From assembly GCA_964524845.1 (NCBI GenBank), contig CAZGFX010000002.1, positions 227,428 to 291,427 of the forward strand: a DNA stretch of 64,000 nucleotides, in the 5' to 3' direction. The notes below the pieces were generated by a model, which saw only the letters and a program-made list of their open reading frames with translations, did no database searches and had not been told where the DNA came from. Position numbers and translations under genes: made by a program. Shown here in pieces: positions 19,490-29,675 of this stretch (position 1 is the first letter of the stretch; each line of letters begins with the position of its first letter). This DNA comes from an uncultured Gammaproteobacteria bacterium. GTDB taxonomy: Bacteria > Patescibacteriota > Patescibacteriia > CAZGFX01.

Positions 19490-19798
19490 TTATTCTAATA
19501 CGATACCCAAATTATTAGAAAAATGTTCGTTAATATAACCACAAATAGCAATCCAATTTCCCTCCACTTGAACGCAGGTTTTTGTGTTTTTTAAAATAGC
19601 TGTGTTGTTTTCCATAAAAAACACACATCCAGAATATCCATTCCCATAATTCTCAACTGTTTCGGTTTTGTCTCCTGCAAAAGCAAAAAACAAGACTTCA
19701 TCCGGATACGTTTTATCACCATCGTCAACAATCTCTGAATGAGGAATTTTTGTTAAACGTTTTTTTAAACCGTCCAATTTGTAATCCAAGAAAGACAT
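19490..19798 (-). CDS. small hypothetical protein (102 aa) embedded in the liv operon
   Basis: ORF with ATG start. No known motif. Flanked by a repeat element. Confidence 0.35.
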   Translation of the reverse strand: MSFLDYKLDGLKKRLTKIPHSEIVDDGDKTYPDEVLFFAFAGDKTETVENYGNGYSGCVFFMENNTAILKNTKTCVQVEGNWIAICGYINEHFSNNLGIVLE

Positions 19799-19874
19799 AA
19801 AAAACTCCTTTTTTTATTGTGGTTTTAATTATTCATTATATAAACATTTTTCATATCAAGTTACCATACTCAGA

Positions 19875-20150
19875 CACTTTTGTCAATAACCAAAAACCCC
19901 CTGTATAAAACAAGTTTTTCACTAATTTTCCTCGTAATTTCCCCTTCTCGTAATTCGTTCACCCTGTGAAATAAGATTCGAAACAGGCTGAGGTTTTGTT
20001 TATAAATTAATCAAAAATAATTGATTAAACATATATAATAGTAAAAATTAATCCGAATCTTAATTTCAGTATGAAATTATTTCACAGGGTAAATTCGCAA
20101 TCCGTAATTCTTCTCCCTTCTCGTAATTTCCTATCTCGTAATTCTTAATT
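19875..20150. repeat. non-autonomous copy of the TIR element (repeat family 2) with flanking ctcgtaatt-type short tandem repeats
   Basis: TIRs ttcaccctgtgaaataa (19958-19974) and ttatttcacagggtaaa (20077-20093). Upstream ccaaaaacc..tgtataaaacaagttt shared with the 24790 copy. Confidence 0.55.
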
Positions 20151-20154
20151 TATA

Positions 20155-21288
20155 TTATTCTTTATAATCAACAATCTTACCTCCTTTTATTTGTTTTAAC
20201 TGCAAATTAAGTCCTACAACATCTCCGTTTGAATCAAAATGATATGATCCGAGTACTCCATCATAATTTTTGATTCCATACAAATAATCTTTTACTTTAT
20301 CCGTGTTTGTTCCTACCTTCCCTATCGCCTCAGCAAGTAAATATATTTGATCGTACGCTCCGCCAGCGGCAAAAGGATAGGGTGGTTCTGAGTTATATTT
20401 TGATTTATATACTAACATGAAATCATTTGCTTTTGTATTTTTTGGATCAAAGACAGGTGTGTCAACCATAATTGCTCCCTCGGTTGCAGATCCGGATCCG
20501 GTAAATTCTTCTCCGGATAAAAACGCCCCATAAAGTTGTTGTTTCATACCAGCGTCGCGAATTTGTTTAACAATACGAGCGGCCGTTGGACCTGATTGTG
20601 GATTAAAAACAATTGCATCAGGGTTATTCTCCTTAATTTTTACAAGAAGAGATTTAAAATCCGTCGTTCCTGAAACAAATCTCTCTTGTGCTATAATCGT
20701 ACCACCTAATTCTATATAACGGTTTTTAAAAACATTTTCTATCGCGGTTGTATAATCGGTAAGCTCAGTAATAAGAGCTGTTTTTTTGTATTTTTTAATA
20801 ATTGTCTCAGCAAGAAGCTTTCCACTCTCAGCGTCACTTGGCCATGTACGAAAAACGTAATCTGCCATAGATGTAATTTGAGGACTTGACCCCTGCGCCA
20901 TTACAATAACTTTTTCTTTCTCTGTAATAGGAATGGAAGAGATCACTTCTCCACTACACACAAGCCCAATAATAAATTTTGTTTTATCAATAGACACAAG
21001 TTTTTGGGCAGCTATCGTCGCTTCTTTATTATTGCACTTACTGTCTTCATATATCGGTTCGATTCTTTTTCCATTAATGCCTACGCTCGCATTAATTTCA
21101 TCAATTGCAAGTGTAGTCGCATTCTTTATAGACTCTCCAAAAACAGCTGTTTCTCCTGAAAAAGATGCCATCACACCAATTTTTATCGTGTTTGAATCAC
21201 CGGTTTTTTTATCATTCAACACCGCATACCCGCCACCAATGATAACAAGTGCAATAATTATATAAAGAATTGTCTTATTTGATTTCAT
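20155..21288 (-). CDS. LivK-type (type I periplasmic-binding-fold) substrate-binding protein, TM-anchored
   Basis: N-terminal anchor MKSNKTILYIIIALVIIGGGYA. IKIGV...GE...G motifs of the Leu/Ile/Val-binding family. Confidence 0.8.
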   Translation of the reverse strand: MKSNKTILYIIIALVIIGGGYAVLNDKKTGDSNTIKIGVMASFSGETAVFGESIKNATTLAIDEINASVGINGKRIEPIYEDSKCNNKEATIAAQKLVSIDKTKFIIGLVCSGEVISSIPITEKEKVIVMAQGSSPQITSMADYVFRTWPSDAESGKLLAETIIKKYKKTALITELTDYTTAIENVFKNRYIELGGTIIAQERFVSGTTDFKSLLVKIKENNPDAIVFNPQSGPTAARIVKQIRDAGMKQQLYGAFLSGEEFTGSGSATEGAIMVDTPVFDPKNTKANDFMLVYKSKYNSEPPYPFAAGGAYDQIYLLAEAIGKVGTNTDKVKDYLYGIKNYDGVLGSYHFDSNGDVVGLNLQLKQIKGGKIVDYKE

Positions 21289-21299
21289 ATGTATTATGA

Positions 21300-22433
21300 T
21301 TATTGATTTATGTCTTCTAATTTTTTATTATGTATCCTTCTTAATATAAATTCGCGAACAGCATCTCCGTTTTTATCAATACTAATCATACCACTAGAAC
21401 CTTTATAATTTTGAACTGAGTATAAATAATCCTTGATACAATCTGCTTTATAATTATCTTTGCAGTAAACAATACCATCGTATAACACATTATAAACATC
21501 ATAACCCAGTGTAGCAACCATTGTATCTTTTAAAGAAGTTCCGTATTTTTTCTCATAAGAACTAATTAGGTGTTGTGTCTCTGGGCTTTGTGTATCATAT
21601 TTATACATCGTAACGATCATGCCCTCAGCATCAGGATTGTCTGTAACAACACTCATACTAAAAGTTTCGTTTCCTATTATTTGTTTTTTAATTCCGAACT
21701 CTTTGGTCTGTTTGAGAACAATATTTTGTAACGCTGGAGTTAAAAATACATAAACCAAAGCATCTACGTCTTCGTTCTGTAGTTTTAATAATTGGCTTTT
21801 AACATCCGTGTCGGCTGAATTAACACTTTCTGAAACAATTGTATTTCCTGGGGTTTCCTTAAACTTCTTTTCAAAAACATCTTTCCAAGTAACAGAATAT
21901 TCATTCTTTTCGTAAAGAATACCTAGTTTTTTATATGAAAGTTTTTTAATCATTTCAGCAGAAACATCGGCACGTACTTCAGACGAAGCCGTTATACGAA
22001 ATACGTAATCTCCCGCTGTAGTTAAGTTCGGTGTAGCTGCAATTGGTGTAATTAAAATCACACGATTACTCTCTGCCAAAGGAGCAACAGCAAGAGTAGA
22101 GCTACTACACACTCCTGATATAAGAATTTTCACTTTATCAACATCTATAAGTTTTTGAGCGGCTGAAACAGCTTTTTTCGGATCACACATATCATCTTCG
22201 TATAAAACCTTAATTGTTTTACTTCCTATTTTTTGTTTTTCTTCCTCAGCAAGACGCAAAGAATTAACAGATTCTTCATATGCTCCCGCAAGAGGTCCTG
22301 TAAGAGGCCCAAAATATCCTATCTTTATCACATCAGAATTATTATCAGCTTTCTCATTCTTGAGCATCGCATACCCACCACCAATGATAACAAGCGCGAT
22401 AATTATATAAAGAATTGTCTTATTTGATTTCAT
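21300..22433 (-). CDS. LivK-type substrate-binding protein paralog
   Basis: First 22 aa and ~40 bp of upstream DNA identical to the 20155..21288 gene. Type I SBP fold motifs. Confidence 0.8.
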   Translation of the reverse strand: MKSNKTILYIIIALVIIGGGYAMLKNEKADNNSDVIKIGYFGPLTGPLAGAYEESVNSLRLAEEEKQKIGSKTIKVLYEDDMCDPKKAVSAAQKLIDVDKVKILISGVCSSSTLAVAPLAESNRVILITPIAATPNLTTAGDYVFRITASSEVRADVSAEMIKKLSYKKLGILYEKNEYSVTWKDVFEKKFKETPGNTIVSESVNSADTDVKSQLLKLQNEDVDALVYVFLTPALQNIVLKQTKEFGIKKQIIGNETFSMSVVTDNPDAEGMIVTMYKYDTQSPETQHLISSYEKKYGTSLKDTMVATLGYDVYNVLYDGIVYCKDNYKADCIKDYLYSVQNYKGSSGMISIDKNGDAVREFILRRIHNKKLEDINQ

Positions 22434-22444
22434 ATGTATTATGA

Positions 22445-23602
22445 TTATTGATTATTTTCGTATTTTATAATCTTTGAATCCTTAACTGTTTGCATCTCGA
22501 AACTATCTGGCGGCGTATCAACAAATCCATTTTGTTTAAAAGTAATTGATGTTAATGACACGCCCTGATAATTATTCGTTTTAGCAATGGCATCGCGAAG
22601 TATATCATTTCCCGCTAAATTTGTTTTCTCCAAAGCATCAGTAATAATTCCGACGGCATCATACGCGGTAATCGTACTCGGGAAAAGTACGTCCATTCCA
22701 TATTTTTGTTTGAATTTTTCATTAAATTCTATAAATCTTGACGAACGAACCGGAGCACTAAAATAAACATTTTCTAATTGTTTTGGGCATTGTGACAAAG
22801 AAACATCATTACCAGCGGCCTCAGTAGCTAACAGTGGTATCATAAGACCCATATCCTTCATTTGTTGTAATAAAGCGCATTCATTTATATCTCCAACCAC
22901 CATAAACAAAGCATCTGGTTTTGATTGTTTTATTTTCAAAAGATGAGTACGAAAATCCGTCACAAGCGGATTACCAAGATCAATATCCTCAACAATATTA
23001 ACTCCATAACTCGGAGCCCTCTCTACAAAAATATCATGTGTAAACTTCCAAAAACCACCATCAAACACACGCATCAAAGCGATGTTTTTCAAGTTCTTTT
23101 TCTTCGCAAAATCGAGAACGACATCAATACCAACTCTACTGTCATACCATGTTCCAAAAAGATATTCGTATGATTTTTGTGCTTCAACATTATCGGTGGT
23201 ATTGTGACCAATCATAGGAATCCGAGCCGCCTCAATCGCTGGAAGTATTGCTTCTGTGGGTTCGTCCCATTGTGCACCGACAATTGCTTTTACTTTATCG
23301 ACACTGATGAGTTTATTTGCAACAAGTCCGGCGTTTTTTAGCTTATCAATTGACAAGTCCTCTCCAATAAACTCAATTCTTTTTCCTTTTATACCTCCGT
23401 TGATATTAATTTCTTCGACTGCCAGTTCCGCGCCCCTTAACTCCTCAAGTCCCATTGATGCGCCGGCACCAGTCAAAGCAAACACTCCTCCTATTTTTAC
23501 TGTACCACTGTTCTGTCTTGATTGAAACAAAACATATCCTACAAAAACAATAATAATGATAATAACTGCGATTTTAAATATTCTATTACTTTTCATAATC
23601 AT
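22445..23602 (-). CDS. LivK-type substrate-binding protein paralog
   Basis: N-terminal TM anchor. VKIGGVFALTGAGAS...GIKGKRIE motif block. Confidence 0.8.
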   Translation of the reverse strand: MIMKSNRIFKIAVIIIIIVFVGYVLFQSRQNSGTVKIGGVFALTGAGASMGLEELRGAELAVEEININGGIKGKRIEFIGEDLSIDKLKNAGLVANKLISVDKVKAIVGAQWDEPTEAILPAIEAARIPMIGHNTTDNVEAQKSYEYLFGTWYDSRVGIDVVLDFAKKKNLKNIALMRVFDGGFWKFTHDIFVERAPSYGVNIVEDIDLGNPLVTDFRTHLLKIKQSKPDALFMVVGDINECALLQQMKDMGLMIPLLATEAAGNDVSLSQCPKQLENVYFSAPVRSSRFIEFNEKFKQKYGMDVLFPSTITAYDAVGIITDALEKTNLAGNDILRDAIAKTNNYQGVSLTSITFKQNGFVDTPPDSFEMQTVKDSKIIKYENNQ

Positions 23603-23614
23603 AAATTAAAAAGA

Positions 23615-24769
23615 TTATCCGTCATATCTCATGAACTTTCCATCTTTAACTGTCTTGAAGAAAATTTGCTTAATTGCATCACCATTTTCATCAATATCAA
23701 ATGTACCACTTGCACCCTTAAAACCTTTTGTTTCGTATAAACATTGTTTAACTGCATCAACATCATCTCCCTCAGCCTCAACGCATCCACTCAACAAATA
23801 TGCCGCATCATATGCGTTTGCCGCAACTGTGTCTGGTTCTGTGGAAAAACGCTCAACGTACTTAGAATAAAACCTCTTTACCGCCGGTGATTCGTCGTGA
23901 TTATCGTACGAATATGGATATAGAAGTCCTTCGGCATATTTTCCTGCGTTTTTCACTATTTCAGGACCTTCTGTTCCTAGATTATAAAATTGTGCATCAA
24001 TTCCAAGTTCACGCGCTTGTTTAAGAATAAGGCCGATTTGTTTGTTCCCTGCTATTGTAAAAATACTGGTCGGCTTTTGCGCTTTTAACTTTAATAATTC
24101 AGTTTTAAAATCAGTCGCCTTACTATCAAATTTTTCTATACTACCAATTGTTTTACCACTTGATTCAAAAACAGAACGAAACCTGTTTATATACGGATCA
24201 CTAATGGCTGTATTAATGGCAAGAAAATGAATTACACCTCCTTGCATATGCTTCGCCACGAAACGAGCTGATACAGGTGCCTCTTGTGCAACATTATGAA
24301 TAATTCTGAAAACATAATCTCCTGCTTGTGATATCTCATCTGTTTGAGCACTATGAGAAATCATAATTGTTTTTGATTGCTCTGCAATCGGAGCAACCGC
24401 CAACACTTCTGATGAATTATACGGACCAATAATATAATGGATTTTATCTAAATCAATAAACTTACGAACAGCACTTACAGCAACTTGTGGCTCATACCGA
24501 GTGTCTTCATACAGAAAATTAATTTTGTATTTGTTTTTTGTGTTTGAATTAATTTCTTCTTCCGCAATCGAAATTCCATTTTTTGTAAACTCACCAGCAT
24601 CTGCACGAACCCCGGTAAGAGGAGCAGGAATCCCAATTGTGATTGTCTTAGGATAATCTGGATCATGCCTCAACATAATGACATATCCTGTGACAATAAT
24701 AATCGCAATAATAATTATATATACAGTAATACTAGCCTTTTTTATATTCATATCTTGTTCGTTCAACAC
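23615..24769 (-). CDS. LivK-type substrate-binding protein paralog
   Basis: N-terminal TM anchor. ITIGIPAPLTG motif. Type I SBP fold. Confidence 0.8.
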   Translation of the reverse strand: MLNEQDMNIKKASITVYIIIIAIIIVTGYVIMLRHDPDYPKTITIGIPAPLTGVRADAGEFTKNGISIAEEEINSNTKNKYKINFLYEDTRYEPQVAVSAVRKFIDLDKIHYIIGPYNSSEVLAVAPIAEQSKTIMISHSAQTDEISQAGDYVFRIIHNVAQEAPVSARFVAKHMQGGVIHFLAINTAISDPYINRFRSVFESSGKTIGSIEKFDSKATDFKTELLKLKAQKPTSIFTIAGNKQIGLILKQARELGIDAQFYNLGTEGPEIVKNAGKYAEGLLYPYSYDNHDESPAVKRFYSKYVERFSTEPDTVAANAYDAAYLLSGCVEAEGDDVDAVKQCLYETKGFKGASGTFDIDENGDAIKQIFFKTVKDGKFMRYDG

Positions 24770-24789
24770 TCATATTTTATTACTTTTAA

Positions 24790-25180
24790 GCCAAAAAGCA
24801 ACTACCAAAAAACCTTGTATAAAACAAGTTTCCACTAATCCTTCTCGTAATTTTCCCTTCTCGTAATTCGTTCACCCTGTGAAATAAGATTTGAGCCTTC
24901 TTTTAATAAACATCTTACCATAAAAAGTCTTTAAATACTTTTCTCTTCGTGTGGCATCCTGTTGATTAAGACAAACCTCAAAATAAATAAGTTTTAAAGG
25001 TCTTCTCTCTTTTGTTGATGGTATTAACCCTTTATTATGTCGCTCAAATCTTAACTTCAAATTTTTTGTATACCCAGTATACATCTTATTATCTTTTTTA
25101 CTCTTTAATACATATGTATAAAACATATAATAATTGTTTTATATAAAAAATTTGGAGTTATTTCACAGGGTAAATTTATA
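24790..25180. mobile_element. TIR-bounded element carrying a GIY-YIG nuclease gene (repeat family 2, putative autonomous copy)
   Basis: Inverted repeats ttcaccctgtgaaataa (24871-24887) and ttatttcacagggtaaa (25158-25174) bracket the GIY-YIG ORF. Same TIRs and flank occur without the ORF at 19875-20150. Solo TIRs at 18328, 26043 and 56985. Confidence 0.5.
24872..25126 (-). CDS. GIY-YIG nuclease family protein (YhbQ/UPF0213-like, 84 aa)
   Basis: MFYTYVLKSKKDNKMYTGYTKNLKLRFERHNKG matches the GIY-x10-YIG...R...E..H core. Conserved downstream E in LIYFE. Confidence 0.8.
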   Translation of the reverse strand: MFYTYVLKSKKDNKMYTGYTKNLKLRFERHNKGLIPSTKERRPLKLIYFEVCLNQQDATRREKYLKTFYGKMFIKRRLKSYFTG

Positions 25181-26042
25181 ATTTATATTCTCCTTTAAGT
25201 CCTTGTGGGCGATATATCATAAGAAAAACAAGAAGTGCTCCATATACCACCTGTCGCATCTGTGCCGCTATATCGGTTGGAAATCCAACAAAACGCATAA
25301 TTTCCGGTAACAAAATAAGAAACAAGGCACCAAGAAGCGATCCTTCTAAATTAGCAAGACCGCCTAAAATAATTATCGCTAATATAAAAATAGATTCCGG
25401 AAGCGCGAATGTCGACGGATCAATAAATGTAATATAAGAAGCAAAAAGAGCTCCGGCAATTGCGGCCATACCCGCCGATATCATAAAAATAACAAGTTTA
25501 TACTGCAGTGTGTTATATCCGAAAACTTGTAACGCTTTTTCGTCATCACGAATAGCTTTGAGAGCGCGTCCAAACGATGACTTGGTAACATATCGCGCAC
25601 ATATATATACAATGATCATGAATAACGCACTTAAAACAAGAAACGTCAGATTATCACGAAAAACAAATCCGAATATCTCCGGTCTTCCTATTCCTGGAAT
25701 ACCGAGCGGGCCTCGAGTAAGATCCTGCCAGTTCAATAAAATACTAAACACAATAACATTGAAACCAAACGATGCAAGAGCATAATAATCTGATTCAAAT
25801 TTGCTCATAACGAATCCAATTAGAAAGCTCACCGCCATCGAGAGAATGATACTGAATATAACAGCAACAAAAAAATTAACACCGAGCTCAGTCATCAGAA
25901 TTGCCGATGCATACGCACCAACACCATAAAAAGCCGCGTGCGTTACTGACAAAAGCCCTGTATATCCTACGACCAAATTCAAACTTATACCAAGTATGGC
26001 ATATATTGTGAAAAGTATCGCTAAATGTATTAAATATTCCAT
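25176..26042 (-). CDS. livM: branched-chain amino acid ABC transporter permease (LivM-type)
   Basis: 8-10 TM helices. Permease family motifs (GLLSVTHAAFYGVGAY). Confidence 0.8.
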   Translation of the reverse strand: MEYLIHLAILFTIYAILGISLNLVVGYTGLLSVTHAAFYGVGAYASAILMTELGVNFFVAVIFSIILSMAVSFLIGFVMSKFESDYYALASFGFNVIVFSILLNWQDLTRGPLGIPGIGRPEIFGFVFRDNLTFLVLSALFMIIVYICARYVTKSSFGRALKAIRDDEKALQVFGYNTLQYKLVIFMISAGMAAIAGALFASYITFIDPSTFALPESIFILAIIILGGLANLEGSLLGALFLILLPEIMRFVGFPTDIAAQMRQVVYGALLVFLMIYRPQGLKGEYKL

Positions 26043-26109
26043 TTACCCTGTGAAATAAGGTTTTTTTAATTCGTAATTCAAACTTTTTTATTGTACTACA
26101 TTAAAAGAA

Positions 26110-26285
26110 CATTATCATCTTAGATTGACCTTGTCATGTTGAACATTGTCATCCTGAACTGACCCTGTCATCCTGAACTCGTTTCAGGATCTACCTTGAT
26201 ACAATGTTTTCTAGGAAAACTTATAACACATATTATCAAAAGTTACACGGCAGATGCTGAAACGAGTTCAGCATGACATTGTGGC
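26110..26285. repeat. MITE-like element copy B (repeat family 1), followed by cgtaattc short tandem repeats to 26343
   Basis: Same TIRs and core as 18390-18606. Occupies the livH-livM intergenic spacer. Confidence 0.6.
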
Positions 26286-26343
26286 GTAATTCGTAATTAT
26301 TCTTCCCTCTCGTAATTTTCCCTTCTCGTAATTCGTAATTGTA

Positions 26344-27258
26344 TTACTTCTTTTTAAATATTCCCGATGGTCTGAAGAGAAGGAAAACGATAAGCACCCC
26401 AAATGCAATAGCGTCTTTCCACTCGCCGGATATCTTCCAAATACCGAAGTTCTCTATAAATCCGAGAAGCATCGCTCCAGCAAAACCTCCGTATGTATTT
26501 CCAACACCTCCGATAATTGCCGCGATGACACCCTTGAGAAGCAGTGCCATACCCATCGTAGGTTCAAGTCCCGTGTCAAACCCAACAAGTGCACCAGCAA
26601 GTCCGGCAATGGCCGAACCGATAATAAATACAATCGATATTATTTTATTGACATTGATACCAACCACTTTCGAAACCTCCTGATCATCGCTTACAGCACG
26701 AATAGCATATCCGATTTTTGTCTTTTTCAAGAAAATTACAAGTCCTCCCATAATCAACGCCGCGCACACCAACATGATCAATTGTATTTCTGTAATAACA
26801 CCTCCAAAAATAGTATATACTTTATTTTCTGTAAGTGATGTCGAGAGTGTCTGAAATTGACTTGTAAACAAAATCGCTATGATCGCCTGAATTGCCGTAA
26901 AAGCACCGAGAGATGCGACAAGATACACCATGAGAGACGCTTTTCGCGAACGAAGTTGTCTATATATGGACACCTCAAGTCCCCATCCGATCATGGCGGC
27001 AAGAACAACACCAAGAATGACGCTTGGAATGATACCAATCTCCGTATTTTTAATGAAAAACAATGCGGTATAACCACCAACAGCAGCCAGCACCCCGTGT
27101 GCCAGATTAAAAAACTTGGTCGTATTGTACGTCAAATTAAAACCAAGAGCCACGAGCGCATAAATCGCGCCGGCAATAATACTATTGACTGTAAGTTGAA
27201 TGACTATATCCACATGGCTTATTATAGCGAAAATACGAAATAAATCAAAAACACCCAA
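26344..27258 (-). CDS. livH: branched-chain amino acid ABC transporter permease (LivH-type)
   Basis: 304 aa, 8 TM. LivH-like motif GFNLTYNTTKFFNLAHG. Confidence 0.8.
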   Translation of the reverse strand: MGVFDLFRIFAIISHVDIVIQLTVNSIIAGAIYALVALGFNLTYNTTKFFNLAHGVLAAVGGYTALFFIKNTEIGIIPSVILGVVLAAMIGWGLEVSIYRQLRSRKASLMVYLVASLGAFTAIQAIIAILFTSQFQTLSTSLTENKVYTIFGGVITEIQLIMLVCAALIMGGLVIFLKKTKIGYAIRAVSDDQEVSKVVGINVNKIISIVFIIGSAIAGLAGALVGFDTGLEPTMGMALLLKGVIAAIIGGVGNTYGGFAGAMLLGFIENFGIWKISGEWKDAIAFGVLIVFLLFRPSGIFKKK

Positions 27259-27290
27259 TTAATGTTCGAGTGTTTTTTGATTATAATAAT

Positions 27291-28391
27291 TTATTTTACA
27301 GGGATCTGCTTTCCGTTTTTAATTTCATAAACACTTGCACGAGATATTACAATTCCGTCCTTATCAACAGAAAGAGGTCCTAAAACTCCTTCAAAATTCG
27401 TAATTTCTTGAAGTGCTTTTGCTATTTCACCAGTTGACGGATAATGATCTTTTCCGACTTTTTCTGTAGAATAGACAAACAAATTAAATACATCATATGT
27501 ATTCGGTGCACCAGGAGTAACTTCCTTATTAAATTCAGAATTAAATTTATTTCTAAATTCATCTGTTGCATTTGCGGCATCAACATACCAACATCCTTCA
27601 ATTAACTCTTTTTGATTTGAAAAAGAAAAAGCCTCAATAGACGTCAGTGGAGTTGTAATTCCAAGATCTTTTATTTGTTTAGTAATTATTTCCAGTTCTG
27701 GAGAAAAAGCAAGAATATATATAATATCAGGATTTTTCTGTTGTATTCTAGTAATTATCGTTTTAAAATCTTTTTCTCCACTGTTATACCATTCGCTTTG
27801 AACGATAGATATATCAGTATCTTTCAAATGTTCTCTGATTTCGTCATCGATGGCTTTCGCTCCTTGTTGATTCAATGCAATTGTTGCAATCTTTTTTATG
27901 CCTCTTTTTTTAAATTCTTCTACAACAAGTTTTGCTTCTTCTGATGGAGGTGTCCAATGCATAAAATTATATTCTCCTTTTGCTATATTTGCATCAGACG
28001 CAATACCAAAATGCACCACTTTATTCGTCTCAGCAACTGGTGTAACAACATTTCCACTTCCTGAAGTAAATGATATAACAGCGCTTACCTTATCAATATT
28101 TATTAACTTATTAACAGCGCTTGCTGTCATTTTTGGATTAAGTTGATCATCTTCATAAACAACATCATATTTATATTTTGTTGTCTTTTTGTCTTTCATA
28201 GCAAGTGTTAAAGAATTTTTAACACCTTCACCAAGATGTGCCATATCACCGGTCAATGGAAGAATTACTCCTATCTTTATCGTCTCCTGTTTATCGTTTT
28301 GTGATGTCTTGTTTGTTGTAATAGTATATACCGCTCCTACAACAACCAAAACAGCTACCACCCAGACTAGAATTTTGTTTTGTTTCGACAT
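27291..28391 (-). CDS. LivK-type substrate-binding protein paralog
   Basis: N-terminus MSKQNKILVWVVAVLVVVGAVYTITTNKTSQNDKQETIKIGVI identical to the 30808..31944 gene. Type I SBP motifs. Confidence 0.8.
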   Translation of the reverse strand: MSKQNKILVWVVAVLVVVGAVYTITTNKTSQNDKQETIKIGVILPLTGDMAHLGEGVKNSLTLAMKDKKTTKYKYDVVYEDDQLNPKMTASAVNKLINIDKVSAVISFTSGSGNVVTPVAETNKVVHFGIASDANIAKGEYNFMHWTPPSEEAKLVVEEFKKRGIKKIATIALNQQGAKAIDDEIREHLKDTDISIVQSEWYNSGEKDFKTIITRIQQKNPDIIYILAFSPELEIITKQIKDLGITTPLTSIEAFSFSNQKELIEGCWYVDAANATDEFRNKFNSEFNKEVTPGAPNTYDVFNLFVYSTEKVGKDHYPSTGEIAKALQEITNFEGVLGPLSVDKDGIVISRASVYEIKNGKQIPVK

Positions 28392-28412
28392 ATAAAAGAA
28401 TTATTATCGATT

Positions 28413-29561
28413 TTATTTATAAATTTCCGGTATTCCATTTCGAATAATTTTAACAACATGCCCTCCAATACGATCACCATCCGCACCTATTTCTACAAGA
28501 CCAGAAGCGCCTTTCCAGTCTTTGACAGATCTGAACCATGCAGCAATTTTAGAAGTGTCAGTACCGACCGCCTTAATAGCGTCACGAATCATATATACAG
28601 CGTCATATTCCGTCTGTCCGTAACTCTGATATGGCATCTCTTTTCCAAATTGTTTTTGATATTCATTAATAAAATTTTTAAATATAGAATTAGTAGGATC
28701 GACACCAAATTCAGCTGCAAAAGCTCCTTCAAGAGCACTTTTATTACGTTGAACCATCTCATTTGCACCTGACACAGCGTCAGACACAATAAGAGATGGC
28801 TTCCAACCTAAATCGGCCATTTGTTTAAAAATGCGATCAGCTGCGGCCGGAGTTTGTGGAACAACGAATAATGCATCTGGGTTCTCATTGCGCAACTTAG
28901 TAAGAATAGTCTTAAAATCAGTAACAGTCGAAGGGAATTCTTCTTTTACTACTGTTCCGCCAAGTTCAGAAAATTTATTATTGAAAGCATTGTATATACC
29001 AAGAGCATAGTCGGTTTGTTCCTGAATAAATGCTATCTTCTTCCATTGTTTATTTGTGTATGCTAATTGAGCAAGTGTTGATCCTTGTGTCGCATCACTT
29101 GGATAATTTCGAACAAAATAATCACTTATTCCGGTCAGTGCTGGACTACTTGACCCAGCAGAAATCATAAATACTTTATTTTCCAGAGCAATTGGAACAG
29201 CGGATAGCGATTCACTACTGCAAAATCCCCCAATAATAATTTTTACTTTATCAACAGTAATAAGTTTTGACGCGGCGTTTGCACCATCTTTGCCACTACA
29301 CTTACCGTCTTCTACTATGAGGTTTATTTTCTTTCCGTTAATACCTCCTGATGCATTAATCTCGTTAACTGCCATTTGATATATATTACGAGCCGGTTCA
29401 CCATAAAAAGCCGCGTCTCCTGACAATGGCACTATTACTCCTATCTTTATCGTCTCCTGTTTATCATTTTGTGATGTCTTGTTTGTTATGATTGTGTACA
29501 CAGCACCTACAATCACAATTATCGCCACAATCCATACTAAAACATTATTTCGTTTACTCAT
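28413..29561 (-). CDS. LivK-type substrate-binding protein paralog
   Basis: Near-identical N-terminal 45 aa to the neighbouring paralogs. SBP fold. Confidence 0.8.
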   Translation of the reverse strand: MSKRNNVLVWIVAIIVIVGAVYTIITNKTSQNDKQETIKIGVIVPLSGDAAFYGEPARNIYQMAVNEINASGGINGKKINLIVEDGKCSGKDGANAASKLITVDKVKIIIGGFCSSESLSAVPIALENKVFMISAGSSSPALTGISDYFVRNYPSDATQGSTLAQLAYTNKQWKKIAFIQEQTDYALGIYNAFNNKFSELGGTVVKEEFPSTVTDFKTILTKLRNENPDALFVVPQTPAAADRIFKQMADLGWKPSLIVSDAVSGANEMVQRNKSALEGAFAAEFGVDPTNSIFKNFINEYQKQFGKEMPYQSYGQTEYDAVYMIRDAIKAVGTDTSKIAAWFRSVKDWKGASGLVEIGADGDRIGGHVVKIIRNGIPEIYK

Positions 29562-29675
29562 AGATTAATTAATTATACCTAAATATTACTCTCTATCTCT
29601 GTCGAAAATCAAGTTTTTATCAACAAAAAAAACGTTAAAAAACCAGGCTTATTACAATTAAAATAAGTTATTAAT

